Below, one piece after another: positions 1 through 7,089 of a DNA stretch of 26,392 nucleotides (within the stretch, counting starts at the first letter, position 1; each line of letters begins with the position of its first letter). This DNA is from a virus. Its lineage: Duplodnaviria; Caudoviricetes. Both the position numbers and the translations under genes were made by a program. The notes under the pieces were generated by a model. The model did no database searches and was not told the origin of the DNA. It saw nothing but the letters and a program-made list of their open reading frames with translations. The stretch is from the IMG/VR virus record IMGVR_UViG_3300010354_000538, positions 1 through 26,392 of that record; one strand, given 5' to 3'.

Positions 1-17
1 CGGAACGTGAGAAGGAA

Positions 18-56
18 GGCGATACGCGCCCCCCGCGTCAGCGGGGCGCGTTCGCC
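18..56 (-). terminator. Probable intrinsic terminator overlapping the ATPase stop codon
   Basis: Inverted repeat GGCGA-T-ACGCGCCCC (18-32) / GGGGCGCGT-TCGCC (43-56), followed on the - strand by the pyrimidine run TTCCTTCTC. Confidence 0.6.
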
Positions 57-937
57 GCATCGTAAGCAGCCTGAAGGGTTGCCCATGCAGCCTCGGTTGG
101 GAGCTTCAGAGTCTCCATTGGTTGCATGGTGCGGACCTTCGCGATGCCCTCGAGCTTGGGGTTCGAGAACGTGGCGAAGTGCTGTCGCACCTTCTTGCTG
201 GTGACGCTGTTCTTCTTGATGACTCGGTCGCCGACCTTCACCTCGACCTCGCGGGATTCCTCGACGACATCCCAGGTGGTGGTGATGGGGACGACCAGGT
301 CAAACATGGGGAACATGCGTGCGTACAGACCGTCCGAGATGAGGATCTTGTACTCCTCGACGTGCTGGTTCTCGGAGAGCGGAATGTGCTTTCGGGACAG
401 GTGCGCGATGTAGAAGACTCCGTAACCGTGCCGGCGCAACGACGAGCCGAACTCGATCAGGGTGTCGAACAGGCGCTCCCAGCCCAGCCGGCCGTCGACG
501 TCGGTGAACTTCTCCCGACCGTACAGGCTGGCGATGTGCGGACGGAGCAGTCGAATGGCCGCGCCGAGGGTGTCGATGACGACGGTCTCGGGGCGTGGCT
601 GGTTGCGGACGGCAAGGTCGACGAGCTGCTTGTGCTTCTCCTCGACGAGCTTCCACGACAGGACCATGGGGTTGCCCCGCTCGTCCTGTGCCCGACCGTC
701 AGCGCCGGGCGTCGGCCACATCACTGCCTCGCTGGTGGGGCAGACCGCGGGGGTCTCGTCGAGGTTGATGATGAAGGCGTTGGGATTGGACTGGAGGAGG
801 AACGACTTGCCAGCGCCTGCCTCGCCAACCACCAGACCGAGCATGCGCCCAAGAGGGACGCGGCCAGTGACCACCGAAGAGCCGAGGGAAGGGTACTTGG
901 AAGCAATTGTCTTACCGGTTGCAAGGGCATGTGTCAT
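38..937 (-). CDS. P-loop ATPase, AAA_24/Sak4-like phage recombination (ssDNA-annealing) protein
   Basis: Walker A GEAGAGKS, Walker B VVIDT, downstream 'FYIAH' and 'MFDLV' segments typical of AAA_24/Sak4; lies two genes downstream of a PD-(D/E)xK nuclease. Confidence 0.75.
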   Translation of the reverse strand: MTHALATGKTIASKYPSLGSSVVTGRVPLGRMLGLVVGEAGAGKSFLLQSNPNAFIINLDETPAVCPTSEAVMWPTPGADGRAQDERGNPMVLSWKLVEEKHKQLVDLAVRNQPRPETVVIDTLGAAIRLLRPHIASLYGREKFTDVDGRLGWERLFDTLIEFGSSLRRHGYGVFYIAHLSRKHIPLSENQHVEEYKILISDGLYARMFPMFDLVVPITTTWDVVEESREVEVKVGDRVIKKNSVTSKKVRQHFATFSNPKLEGIAKVRTMQPMETLKLPTEAAWATLQAAYDAANAPR

Positions 938-946
938 GATGATGCC

Positions 947-1351
947 TCAATCGAGGAAGGTGGGTGCACGCATGCCTCCGGGCAGGATCATCCTCTCTCC
1001 TGCCGTGAAGGTTGCCGGAGCGTCCGGCAAGCTCATGGGTTCGTCGAACTGCGCCTCGACCGAGTCGTCGGCGGAATCCTGGGTGACGGGCTGGACCTCG
1101 CGGGCAGCCGGCCGGTAGCCGGGGATGCTCACGACGATCTTCTTCTCGAACCTGATGTTCAGCTTCTCGCACCACTCGGAGAAGGTGGCCATCGTGATGC
1201 TGGTGCCGTGGTTCTCGTTGAAGATGAAGAGAAGCGACGAGCGGGACTCAATGTTCTCGCCGCAGCGCCGGACGATCTCGGCGATCTTCGGAGCGATGAC
1301 GGACTCGAGGATCTCCTGCTCGAACTGCATGAATGGATGGGGTCGGCTCAT
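947..1351 (-). CDS. Hypothetical protein (134 aa, acidic C-terminus)
   Basis: Start moved to MSRPHPF; its ATG overlaps the upstream TGA (ATGA, 1348-1351); host-like codon bias. Confidence 0.75.
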   Translation of the reverse strand: MSRPHPFMQFEQEILESVIAPKIAEIVRRCGENIESRSSLLFIFNENHGTSITMATFSEWCEKLNIRFEKKIVVSIPGYRPAAREVQPVTQDSADDSVEAQFDEPMSLPDAPATFTAGERMILPGGMRAPTFLD

Positions 1352-2571
1352 GCGATGTCTCCCTCGGGCACCGCATCGTCGCGGTCCCGCTGCACGAAGT
1401 TCTCGCCGCGCACGACGTCCGGCCACACGACCGGGTCCGTCAGCATGAAAGGCATGTACGCGCTCGGCGTGCCAGTGCCCTGAATCGGGTCGCCCATCTC
1501 GAAGTTGTCCGGATAGGGTTCGCGGTTCGCATATGAACGGCAGAACTCGAGGCGCGAATTGTACTGCGAAACCAGCTTGGAATCAAGCAAATGCGTCGCC
1601 GACGTGAAGGAAATGTTGACGCACGGATTCGTGATTCGGTCGGGCGCAAGATGTAGGTACTCGTCCTCACCGACATACCACTGGTAGCAGCGACCCTCGT
1701 AGAAGTGTGGGTCGGGTTCGCCGATATAGATCTTCTCGTTGCGCGGCTCGCCCTTGCGCGGACCAGACTTGAGCGGGCTGGTGTCCAGCGTGTAGGCCCG
1801 GTCCTTCATGCCGAACTCGATGGTCGGCTTCTGCACGGCGATGTGGATGACGCCCCCCACCCGCTTGGCGGAGTACTCAGAGAGCGGCAGCTGGCTCATG
1901 ACGTGGAAGTAGTGCTGCGTCTGGAACTCGATGGGGCACGCCTGCAGACGGTCGACGGGGCTTGCGCTCGTGGTCTTGAAGTCGACGATCCAGAGGGTGT
2001 CGGGATCCTTGGGGAACGTGATGAGCGCGTCGGGCTGGATGACGCAGTCCTGGTACCGGAGCATCGGCTCCTGTGCCACGACGTTCACGGCGCGCAGCCA
2101 CCCGTCGAGCTTGCCGGTGGGGCCTTCGCCGTCGGGACGGAACGAGACCTGGATGGCAGCGGAGAACCAGGCCCATGCGGTACGGGCATCCTTCTCTTCG
2201 CGGGCAAGGATCTCGCGGACCAACTCGGGGGACTGGCCGGCGGACTTGCCGTAGCGGCGCAGCTCCTCGAGGCGCAGCTCGATGGCGTTGTCGTACATCT
2301 CGAGCGCGGCTTCGCGGTCCTTGCGCAGGCAGTACGCGGCGAAGGCAAGGTGAGCCCACGATCCGCGGGACAGGGCGGCGCTGTACTTGGATGCCTTCAC
2401 CAGGCCGAGGCGGCGCGAGAGGTACCAGGTGAACGGGCAGGTACGGAGCGATCGGTAGTCGGACGAGCGGATGCCCACGGTGCGGGGCGAGAGGCCGTGG
2501 TAACGCAACCATTCGGCTGCTTCCATACCCCCGCTGGTGGGGACCTTGGGCGTGTCTGTTTCGGGTGGCAT
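1348..2571 (-). CDS. PD-(D/E)xK exonuclease (PDDEXK_1, RecB/Cas4-like)
   Basis: N-terminal 'SSDY..LRTCP..WYL' and 'GSWAH', catalytic QPDAL...IVDFKTT, QxxxY motif (QTQHY); AGGAG SD before ATG 2571. Confidence 0.85.
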   Translation of the reverse strand: MPPETDTPKVPTSGGMEAAEWLRYHGLSPRTVGIRSSDYRSLRTCPFTWYLSRRLGLVKASKYSAALSRGSWAHLAFAAYCLRKDREAALEMYDNAIELRLEELRRYGKSAGQSPELVREILAREEKDARTAWAWFSAAIQVSFRPDGEGPTGKLDGWLRAVNVVAQEPMLRYQDCVIQPDALITFPKDPDTLWIVDFKTTSASPVDRLQACPIEFQTQHYFHVMSQLPLSEYSAKRVGGVIHIAVQKPTIEFGMKDRAYTLDTSPLKSGPRKGEPRNEKIYIGEPDPHFYEGRCYQWYVGEDEYLHLAPDRITNPCVNISFTSATHLLDSKLVSQYNSRLEFCRSYANREPYPDNFEMGDPIQGTGTPSAYMPFMLTDPVVWPDVVRGENFVQRDRDDAVPEGDIA

Positions 2572-2598
2572 GAGGTTGTCTCCTGAGGATGGAAATGA

Positions 2599-2639
2599 GA
2601 GTGCGCGGGCGGCGCACCACGCGACCCGCCCGCGCACTC
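2599..2639 (-). terminator. 14-bp perfect hairpin, terminator or processing site
   Basis: GAGTGCGCGGGCGG (2599-2612) / CCGCCCGCGCACTC (2626-2639), followed on the - strand by TCATTTCC. Confidence 0.55.
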
Positions 2640-2673
2640 ATTGTCGTCCGGTCCGGTGAAGTACTTGCTTCAC

Positions 2674-2790
2674 TCAGACCTTCGAGCCGTACTTCTTGCA
2701 GAGGAACCAGCCGCCGACGAAGCCCACCAGGGCGAGCATGCCGGCGAACCAGATGGAACCAAGGAACGAGGAGAAGTCAGCGAGGATCAT
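2674..2790 (-). CDS. 38-aa single-TM membrane peptide (not in ORF track)
   Basis: MILADFSSFLGSIWFAGMLALVGFVGGWFLCKKYGSKV*; ATGA-coupled to the upstream lipoprotein stop, AGAAAGG SD, strong GC3 bias. Confidence 0.8.
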   Translation of the reverse strand: MILADFSSFLGSIWFAGMLALVGFVGGWFLCKKYGSKV

Positions 2791-3290
2791 TGCGAACCTT
2801 TCTTGTGAAGTCGTCGCCACGCAGCGTCGAACTCTGGGTCGGATGCACGCCGCGCGGCGACGTATTCGCGCGCATCCTCAGGTTTGTCCGGATTGAGCAT
2901 TCCCGCAGCGAGGTCCGCGTCAATGACCTTCTTGCGGGGTAGCCAGCCGATGGCGATGCGGACTGCGGTGCCGAGGCCCGTCTGCCAGAGGATGACGACG
3001 ACAGCCACGAGAGCCACGGCAGCAGCAACCCACCAAAGCGTCGATAACCAAGCAGGTGTTCTGTCCTCCAAGTGAGGAATGCTGCCATGGATATCGCCAG
3101 CCAGACCGCTGATTCGTTCAGCACGAGTCACCACCTCCTTGTCGCCAACGGCCGTGCCGTGGTCGATGAGAGCCTGGGACTCGGCCTGAATGGCGGTTGC
3201 GTTGCGGCTCACTTTGGCGAGCTCGCTGCACCCCACCAGCAGGCTAGTTGCGAGACTCAAGCTGGCGCTCAATCTTGTCCAGCCTTGCAT
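2787..3290 (-). CDS. Lipoprotein with C-proximal TM helix; unimolecular-spanin-like
   Basis: Lipobox LVG-C at residue 21, helical middle region, hydrophobic WWVAAAVALVAVVVILW segment. Confidence 0.55.
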   Translation of the reverse strand: MQGWTRLSASLSLATSLLVGCSELAKVSRNATAIQAESQALIDHGTAVGDKEVVTRAERISGLAGDIHGSIPHLEDRTPAWLSTLWWVAAAVALVAVVVILWQTGLGTAVRIAIGWLPRKKVIDADLAAGMLNPDKPEDAREYVAARRASDPEFDAAWRRLHKKGSQ

Positions 3291-3444
3291 TCATCGCCTC
3301 CTGCTGAGACACCAACCGCATGAGCAACCGGTCGTGCGTGAGGTACGCACTGCCGAGGATGGTGAGCAGCGTGATCGCCACGCCGATGATGCCCGCCCAG
3401 TCCCGCGCCGACAGCCGCACAACATTGTTCTGCTCTATGGTCAT
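3244..3444 (-). CDS. Small single-TM plus coiled-coil protein, holin-like
   Basis: MTIEQNN start; TM WAGIIGVAITLLTILGSAYL then heptad tail RLDKIERQLE; sits between the spike and lipoprotein genes. Confidence 0.55.
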   Translation of the reverse strand: MTIEQNNVVRLSARDWAGIIGVAITLLTILGSAYLTHDRLLMRLVSQQEAMNARLDKIERQLESRN

Positions 3445-3448
3445 TGGA

Positions 3449-5674
3449 TTACAGGTTACCTTCCGAGACCCACGTACCGGGCGATCCCGCCACGGTGCAG
3501 ATCCACGCCTTTGGCGAACCAACTGCCGGATTTGACTTCAGGAAACGATCCCCGACTGCCCAGTGACCACCTGCACCACCTGATGGAATTGTGGTATCGC
3601 AGCAGATTACATTGAACCCGCCACCAAATGCTTGGCCGCTGGCTGCCTTTACCGTTGTGCCCTGATAAGCACTTCCCTGAAGATCGGTAGTGCAACTTGT
3701 CATCGTGTTGGCTTGAACAATCCATGCGCCGCCTGCACAAGCAATGCCGCGATTGCAGTCCATAATTGAGTTTGCTGAGCAGTTGGTGGAAATATCGCGA
3801 AGGGCGCTTGGGGCGCTTTGCCGATTGATTCCTCGATGGAACGTATTGATGACATTACCGACACAATGAACCGTTCCACTAAACCAGATTCCAGAATTGA
3901 ACTCGCTGTTGGTCGTGTTGTCGGTTCCGACAATGCGGTTGTTGCACACAGAACAAGCAAGAGTCCCGCTTTGACCGACTTGAATACCGCCTAGAGCATG
4001 GCGAATATCAAGTGAGTTGTCTGAAATGTGGATGTTCTCGCCAGCACTCCGAATTCCAATGTTGGCGGGCCGTTCGACCCTGTTTCCGTTCACAAGAACG
4101 CCGCTGACATTGGCACCAGCAATGTTGATTCCCCAACCGCTGGTCGAGGGATTGTTGGGGTCACCGGAAACTTTGGAAATGTTGTTAGACGAAACAACTG
4201 CGCGCGAGTGTTGAATGTTTGGATCAATAGGGTTATTGCAATTGAGTTCGATACCAACACGGAAACACCCAACGACTACGTTTCCGGTAATTGAGTCTGC
4301 ACCACCTTCAATCCAGATGCCTCCCTTTAGTGACGCATCCACCGGATAAACCGTTGAGAACCCGCAGTTTGTAATTACGTTTCCAACAATTGAAGTATCG
4401 CCTCCAGGCCGCGTACCAACCTGAGAGTTGATTCCGCAATGTCCATAGTCAGTAACAATGTTGTTGCTGACTAGTGAACTTGTACCTGTTGATGTCGAGT
4501 CGGAAGGGTCGTTGCCCACATAGGAGCAGAGGATCCCATACCGTGACTTGTTTGTAGCGCCTGTCCCAATCGGAGTGATGCCGTCTTCTTGCATCGGCTG
4601 GACGACGTTTCCTGTACAGACCACGAAACGGTCCTTGACTGTGTTGAATGCGATTCCGGTATCTTGGTTTCCATAACAGAGGTTGTTCGTGATCGTGTAC
4701 CTAGAACCTTCATTTGGAGCAGCAGATCCGAAGATATTGATATCTGAGGTGGTTGATTCAGTAAGGGCATCGCCTTGCTGCGCCCCGCCCCAGAACCTAT
4801 TATCGCTAACAGTTGAGTTGTCAGCGCGACGGAGTTCGATACCTAGACCCCACTTGAAGACCCGGCAATTCTTGACCGTCAGATTACGAGCCACAACCCC
4901 ACTAATCTGAGCGTCTGCGAGGATGGCTGTTGCATAACGAGTTCGGAGTCCACCAGTAAAAACCGCTTCGTTTGTTCCATTGATTTGAAGACCGTCAATG
5001 GTAGATCCGCTGCCCATGAACAATAGACCGTTGTTTATGGTCGATGTGCTGGCAGTCGGTTGAACATCAATGATTGCTGTTCCAGGTGCAGCAGAGAATA
5101 CGGTGTTTGCTGGAATTTGAAGGACAGCAGATGTGCGATAAGTTCCCGGAGGAAGAGTTACGTTTTTACCAGATCCTGCATTTAGTGCTGCTTGGATTGC
5201 AGTGGTGTCATCGGCAACACCGTCGCCGACCGCGCCGAAGTCCTTCACGCTCACGGTTTCGGCAAGCTTGGAGTTCACGCTCACCGTCTGCGCGCCCGAT
5301 CCCGTAGCTAGGAAGTTCAGGTTGGTCGAGCTGGTGATCGTCTTGTTGACCTTGCTGCTGAAGGTTCGGCCAGACGATGAGCTGCTGGTTGCGATGAACT
5401 GGCCCGCAGTGCTGGACACTACGGCGCCGCCGGTAGTGGGAACCAGGAAGCTGCCGGAAGTGATGGTGCCACCGGCAATCATGGTGACGTAATCGGTTTC
5501 GTCAGCCTGGAGTTCAACGGGTTCGCCGTTGGGCGCAGGCGTAGGACCATTGACGCCGAAGATCGTGTCGGTCGCCGAGGTGGCGACGGTGACGAAGCCA
5601 GGCGTGGTGGTCATCTTGACGCACGCGTATGCGGGGATGGTGCCAGACGCTCGGATGGTGGGGGTGCTGGTCAT
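3449..5674 (-). CDS. Virion spike: N-terminal DUF2190/capsid-cement-like domain fused to a pectate-lyase-like right-handed beta-helix (putative depolymerase)
   Basis: VSVKDFGAVGDGVADDTTAIQAAL (Pectate_lyase_3 start), many 'I.GN.I..C' beta-helix rungs, C-terminal WAVGD...WICTVAGSPGTW motif; N-terminal ~95 aa has the cement-like pattern. Confidence 0.8.
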   Translation of the reverse strand: MTSTPTIRASGTIPAYACVKMTTTPGFVTVATSATDTIFGVNGPTPAPNGEPVELQADETDYVTMIAGGTITSGSFLVPTTGGAVVSSTAGQFIATSSSSSGRTFSSKVNKTITSSTNLNFLATGSGAQTVSVNSKLAETVSVKDFGAVGDGVADDTTAIQAALNAGSGKNVTLPPGTYRTSAVLQIPANTVFSAAPGTAIIDVQPTASTSTINNGLLFMGSGSTIDGLQINGTNEAVFTGGLRTRYATAILADAQISGVVARNLTVKNCRVFKWGLGIELRRADNSTVSDNRFWGGAQQGDALTESTTSDINIFGSAAPNEGSRYTITNNLCYGNQDTGIAFNTVKDRFVVCTGNVVQPMQEDGITPIGTGATNKSRYGILCSYVGNDPSDSTSTGTSSLVSNNIVTDYGHCGINSQVGTRPGGDTSIVGNVITNCGFSTVYPVDASLKGGIWIEGGADSITGNVVVGCFRVGIELNCNNPIDPNIQHSRAVVSSNNISKVSGDPNNPSTSGWGINIAGANVSGVLVNGNRVERPANIGIRSAGENIHISDNSLDIRHALGGIQVGQSGTLACSVCNNRIVGTDNTTNSEFNSGIWFSGTVHCVGNVINTFHRGINRQSAPSALRDISTNCSANSIMDCNRGIACAGGAWIVQANTMTSCTTDLQGSAYQGTTVKAASGQAFGGGFNVICCDTTIPSGGAGGHWAVGDRFLKSNPAVGSPKAWICTVAGSPGTWVSEGNL

Positions 5675-5676
5675 GG

Positions 5677-6120
5677 TCAGGTGTAGGTGACGGTGAAGGT
5701 GTCGAGGGTTACGGCGTTGAGGAGCTGCTGCTGAACCGTTACGGTGGACGATGCGGCAAGCGTGCTGTTGAACTCAAACCAGACGTAGTTTCCTGGAGCG
5801 CAACTGATCAGCGCGCTCGGCGTTGTCGGGATTTGGATGCTGTTGATAATGCCGGTCTTGTCGGGGTTCAGCGAGATGTTTGCAATCCCCGTGAGTCCAA
5901 TTGCAGAAGTCATGCTGACGCCGAGCGTGATCTGGTTGGTCACGAACAGCATTTGAACCACGTCGGACTGAGCAGTGGATCCCACTGTTCCTGTTACGTT
6001 TATCCAGTTGATTACTCCTCCGGTAGATGTTTGCGGCGTGACGTCGCGCAGTTGCATTAGGCGCGTGCGATCGCCGCGTATCTTCGGCTGCTGGAAGGAG
6101 TAGTAGGTGCGCTCGCGCAT
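5677..6120 (-). CDS. Hypothetical Thr/Ser-rich beta protein, probable virion component
   Basis: TGATG coupling to the upstream gene; composition and position beside the spike gene. Confidence 0.6.
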   Translation of the reverse strand: MRERTYYSFQQPKIRGDRTRLMQLRDVTPQTSTGGVINWINVTGTVGSTAQSDVVQMLFVTNQITLGVSMTSAIGLTGIANISLNPDKTGIINSIQIPTTPSALISCAPGNYVWFEFNSTLAASSTVTVQQQLLNAVTLDTFTVTYT

Positions 6121-6596
6121 CAGAGTCCGGCGTGGAGAACGGTGATGGTGGGCGAGGCAGCCGCATTGGAGCAGACCTCGATGTACTCACAGCCGAGCGT
6201 GTCGATGAGGAGAAACCCACCAGCAGTCGTGGTGGTCACGCCCGTGAAGATCTTGGCGTCGCCAGTGACAAGCGTCGCGCCGGCGACCTCGAAGACCGTG
6301 CCGAGCGCGTTGGCCTGCGACCCCGTCATCGTGGTGCTGAAGGAGCAGAGCAGCTGCGGAACATAGGCGTTGATTTCCTGCACGTAGTTCCATCCAAAGA
6401 TGAAGAACGTCGGTGCGGTGGACGTGCTGGAGTACAGCTTCAGCTTGATGTAGTTCAGGCTGCCCCCGAAGACCACGCTACCCGTTGCCGATGCTGGCTT
6501 CGTCGTGGTGAGGATCTTGGTCGGCGCTGCCGTTCCGCTCGTGAACGTCTCGCGGTGGAAGTTCTTCGCGTCGGTCGTGATGGTCACGTATGACAT
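6120..6596 (-). CDS. Hypothetical Thr/Ala/Gly-rich beta protein, probable virion component
   Basis: Start at MSYVTITT with AGGA SD; strong GC3 bias. Confidence 0.65.
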   Translation of the reverse strand: MSYVTITTDAKNFHRETFTSGTAAPTKILTTTKPASATGSVVFGGSLNYIKLKLYSSTSTAPTFFIFGWNYVQEINAYVPQLLCSFSTTMTGSQANALGTVFEVAGATLVTGDAKIFTGVTTTTAGGFLLIDTLGCEYIEVCSNAAASPTITVLHAGL

Positions 6597-7089
6597 GGTC
6601 GTCCTGGGTGATGAGCCACCTGGCCGTCCATTCACCCGCAGCCCTGCGCTGGCCTGCCGTGCCGGTGGGGAGGACCATGAGCCCGATGGCGTACTCCTGC
6701 AGGATACGCATTAGGGCGTCGATCGCAAGACCCGGGTGCGGCTTTCCTGACTTGGGTTCCGGCATCCCCACCAGCCCCTCGAGGAGGAGGAGCGGGCGGG
6801 GAGTGCCGTCCCGGAGTCGGCGGCAGCATTCGGCGAACCGGCGGCGGCCGTCGGGGGTCAGGAGGTTCTGCGTGATCTCGTCGATGGATCCCTTGCGCTC
6901 GACGACGGCGGGGTTCCCCTCGATCTGGTAGTCGCCCGTCTTGAGCGTGCGCTTCTGGGTGCGGATGCGCACCGTGATACCCGACTGACGGCACGGGTCA
7001 CGCGAGGGGTCGAGGCAGACGATGTACTCGGGGAAGGTGAACGGCTTCTTCTCCCGCTCGTCAACAAGAATGGTGTACTCGCGCTTCAC
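6478..7089 (-). CDS. ERCC4/XPF-family structure-specific endonuclease
   Basis: ILVDERE, TLKTGDY, VVERKG (GD-x-ERKx) and LLLEG motifs; GTG start overlaps the polymerase end. Confidence 0.85.
   Translation of the reverse strand: MKREYTILVDEREKKPFTFPEYIVCLDPSRDPCRQSGITVRIRTQKRTLKTGDYQIEGNPAVVERKGSIDEITQNLLTPDGRRRFAECCRRLRDGTPRPLLLLEGLVGMPEPKSGKPHPGLAIDALMRILQEYAIGLMVLPTGTAGQRRAAGEWTARWLITQDDHVIRDHHDRREELPPRDVHERNGSADQDPHHDEASIGNG

Noticed and set aside
122-1483. 453-aa + strand ORF, and similar long antisense ORFs at 1705-2586, 7619-9025, 9913-10683, 16800-17852, 18322-19266
   Set aside because: Shadows of motif-bearing - strand genes; high GC3 removes antisense stop codons.
1348-2571. Cas4-like gene as sign of a CRISPR system
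   Set aside because: No repeat-spacer array or other cas genes seen; context is Sak4-type recombination.
5244-5284. TTCACGCTCAC direct repeat
   Set aside because: Explained by the repeated peptide VSVN/VSVK in the spike linker.
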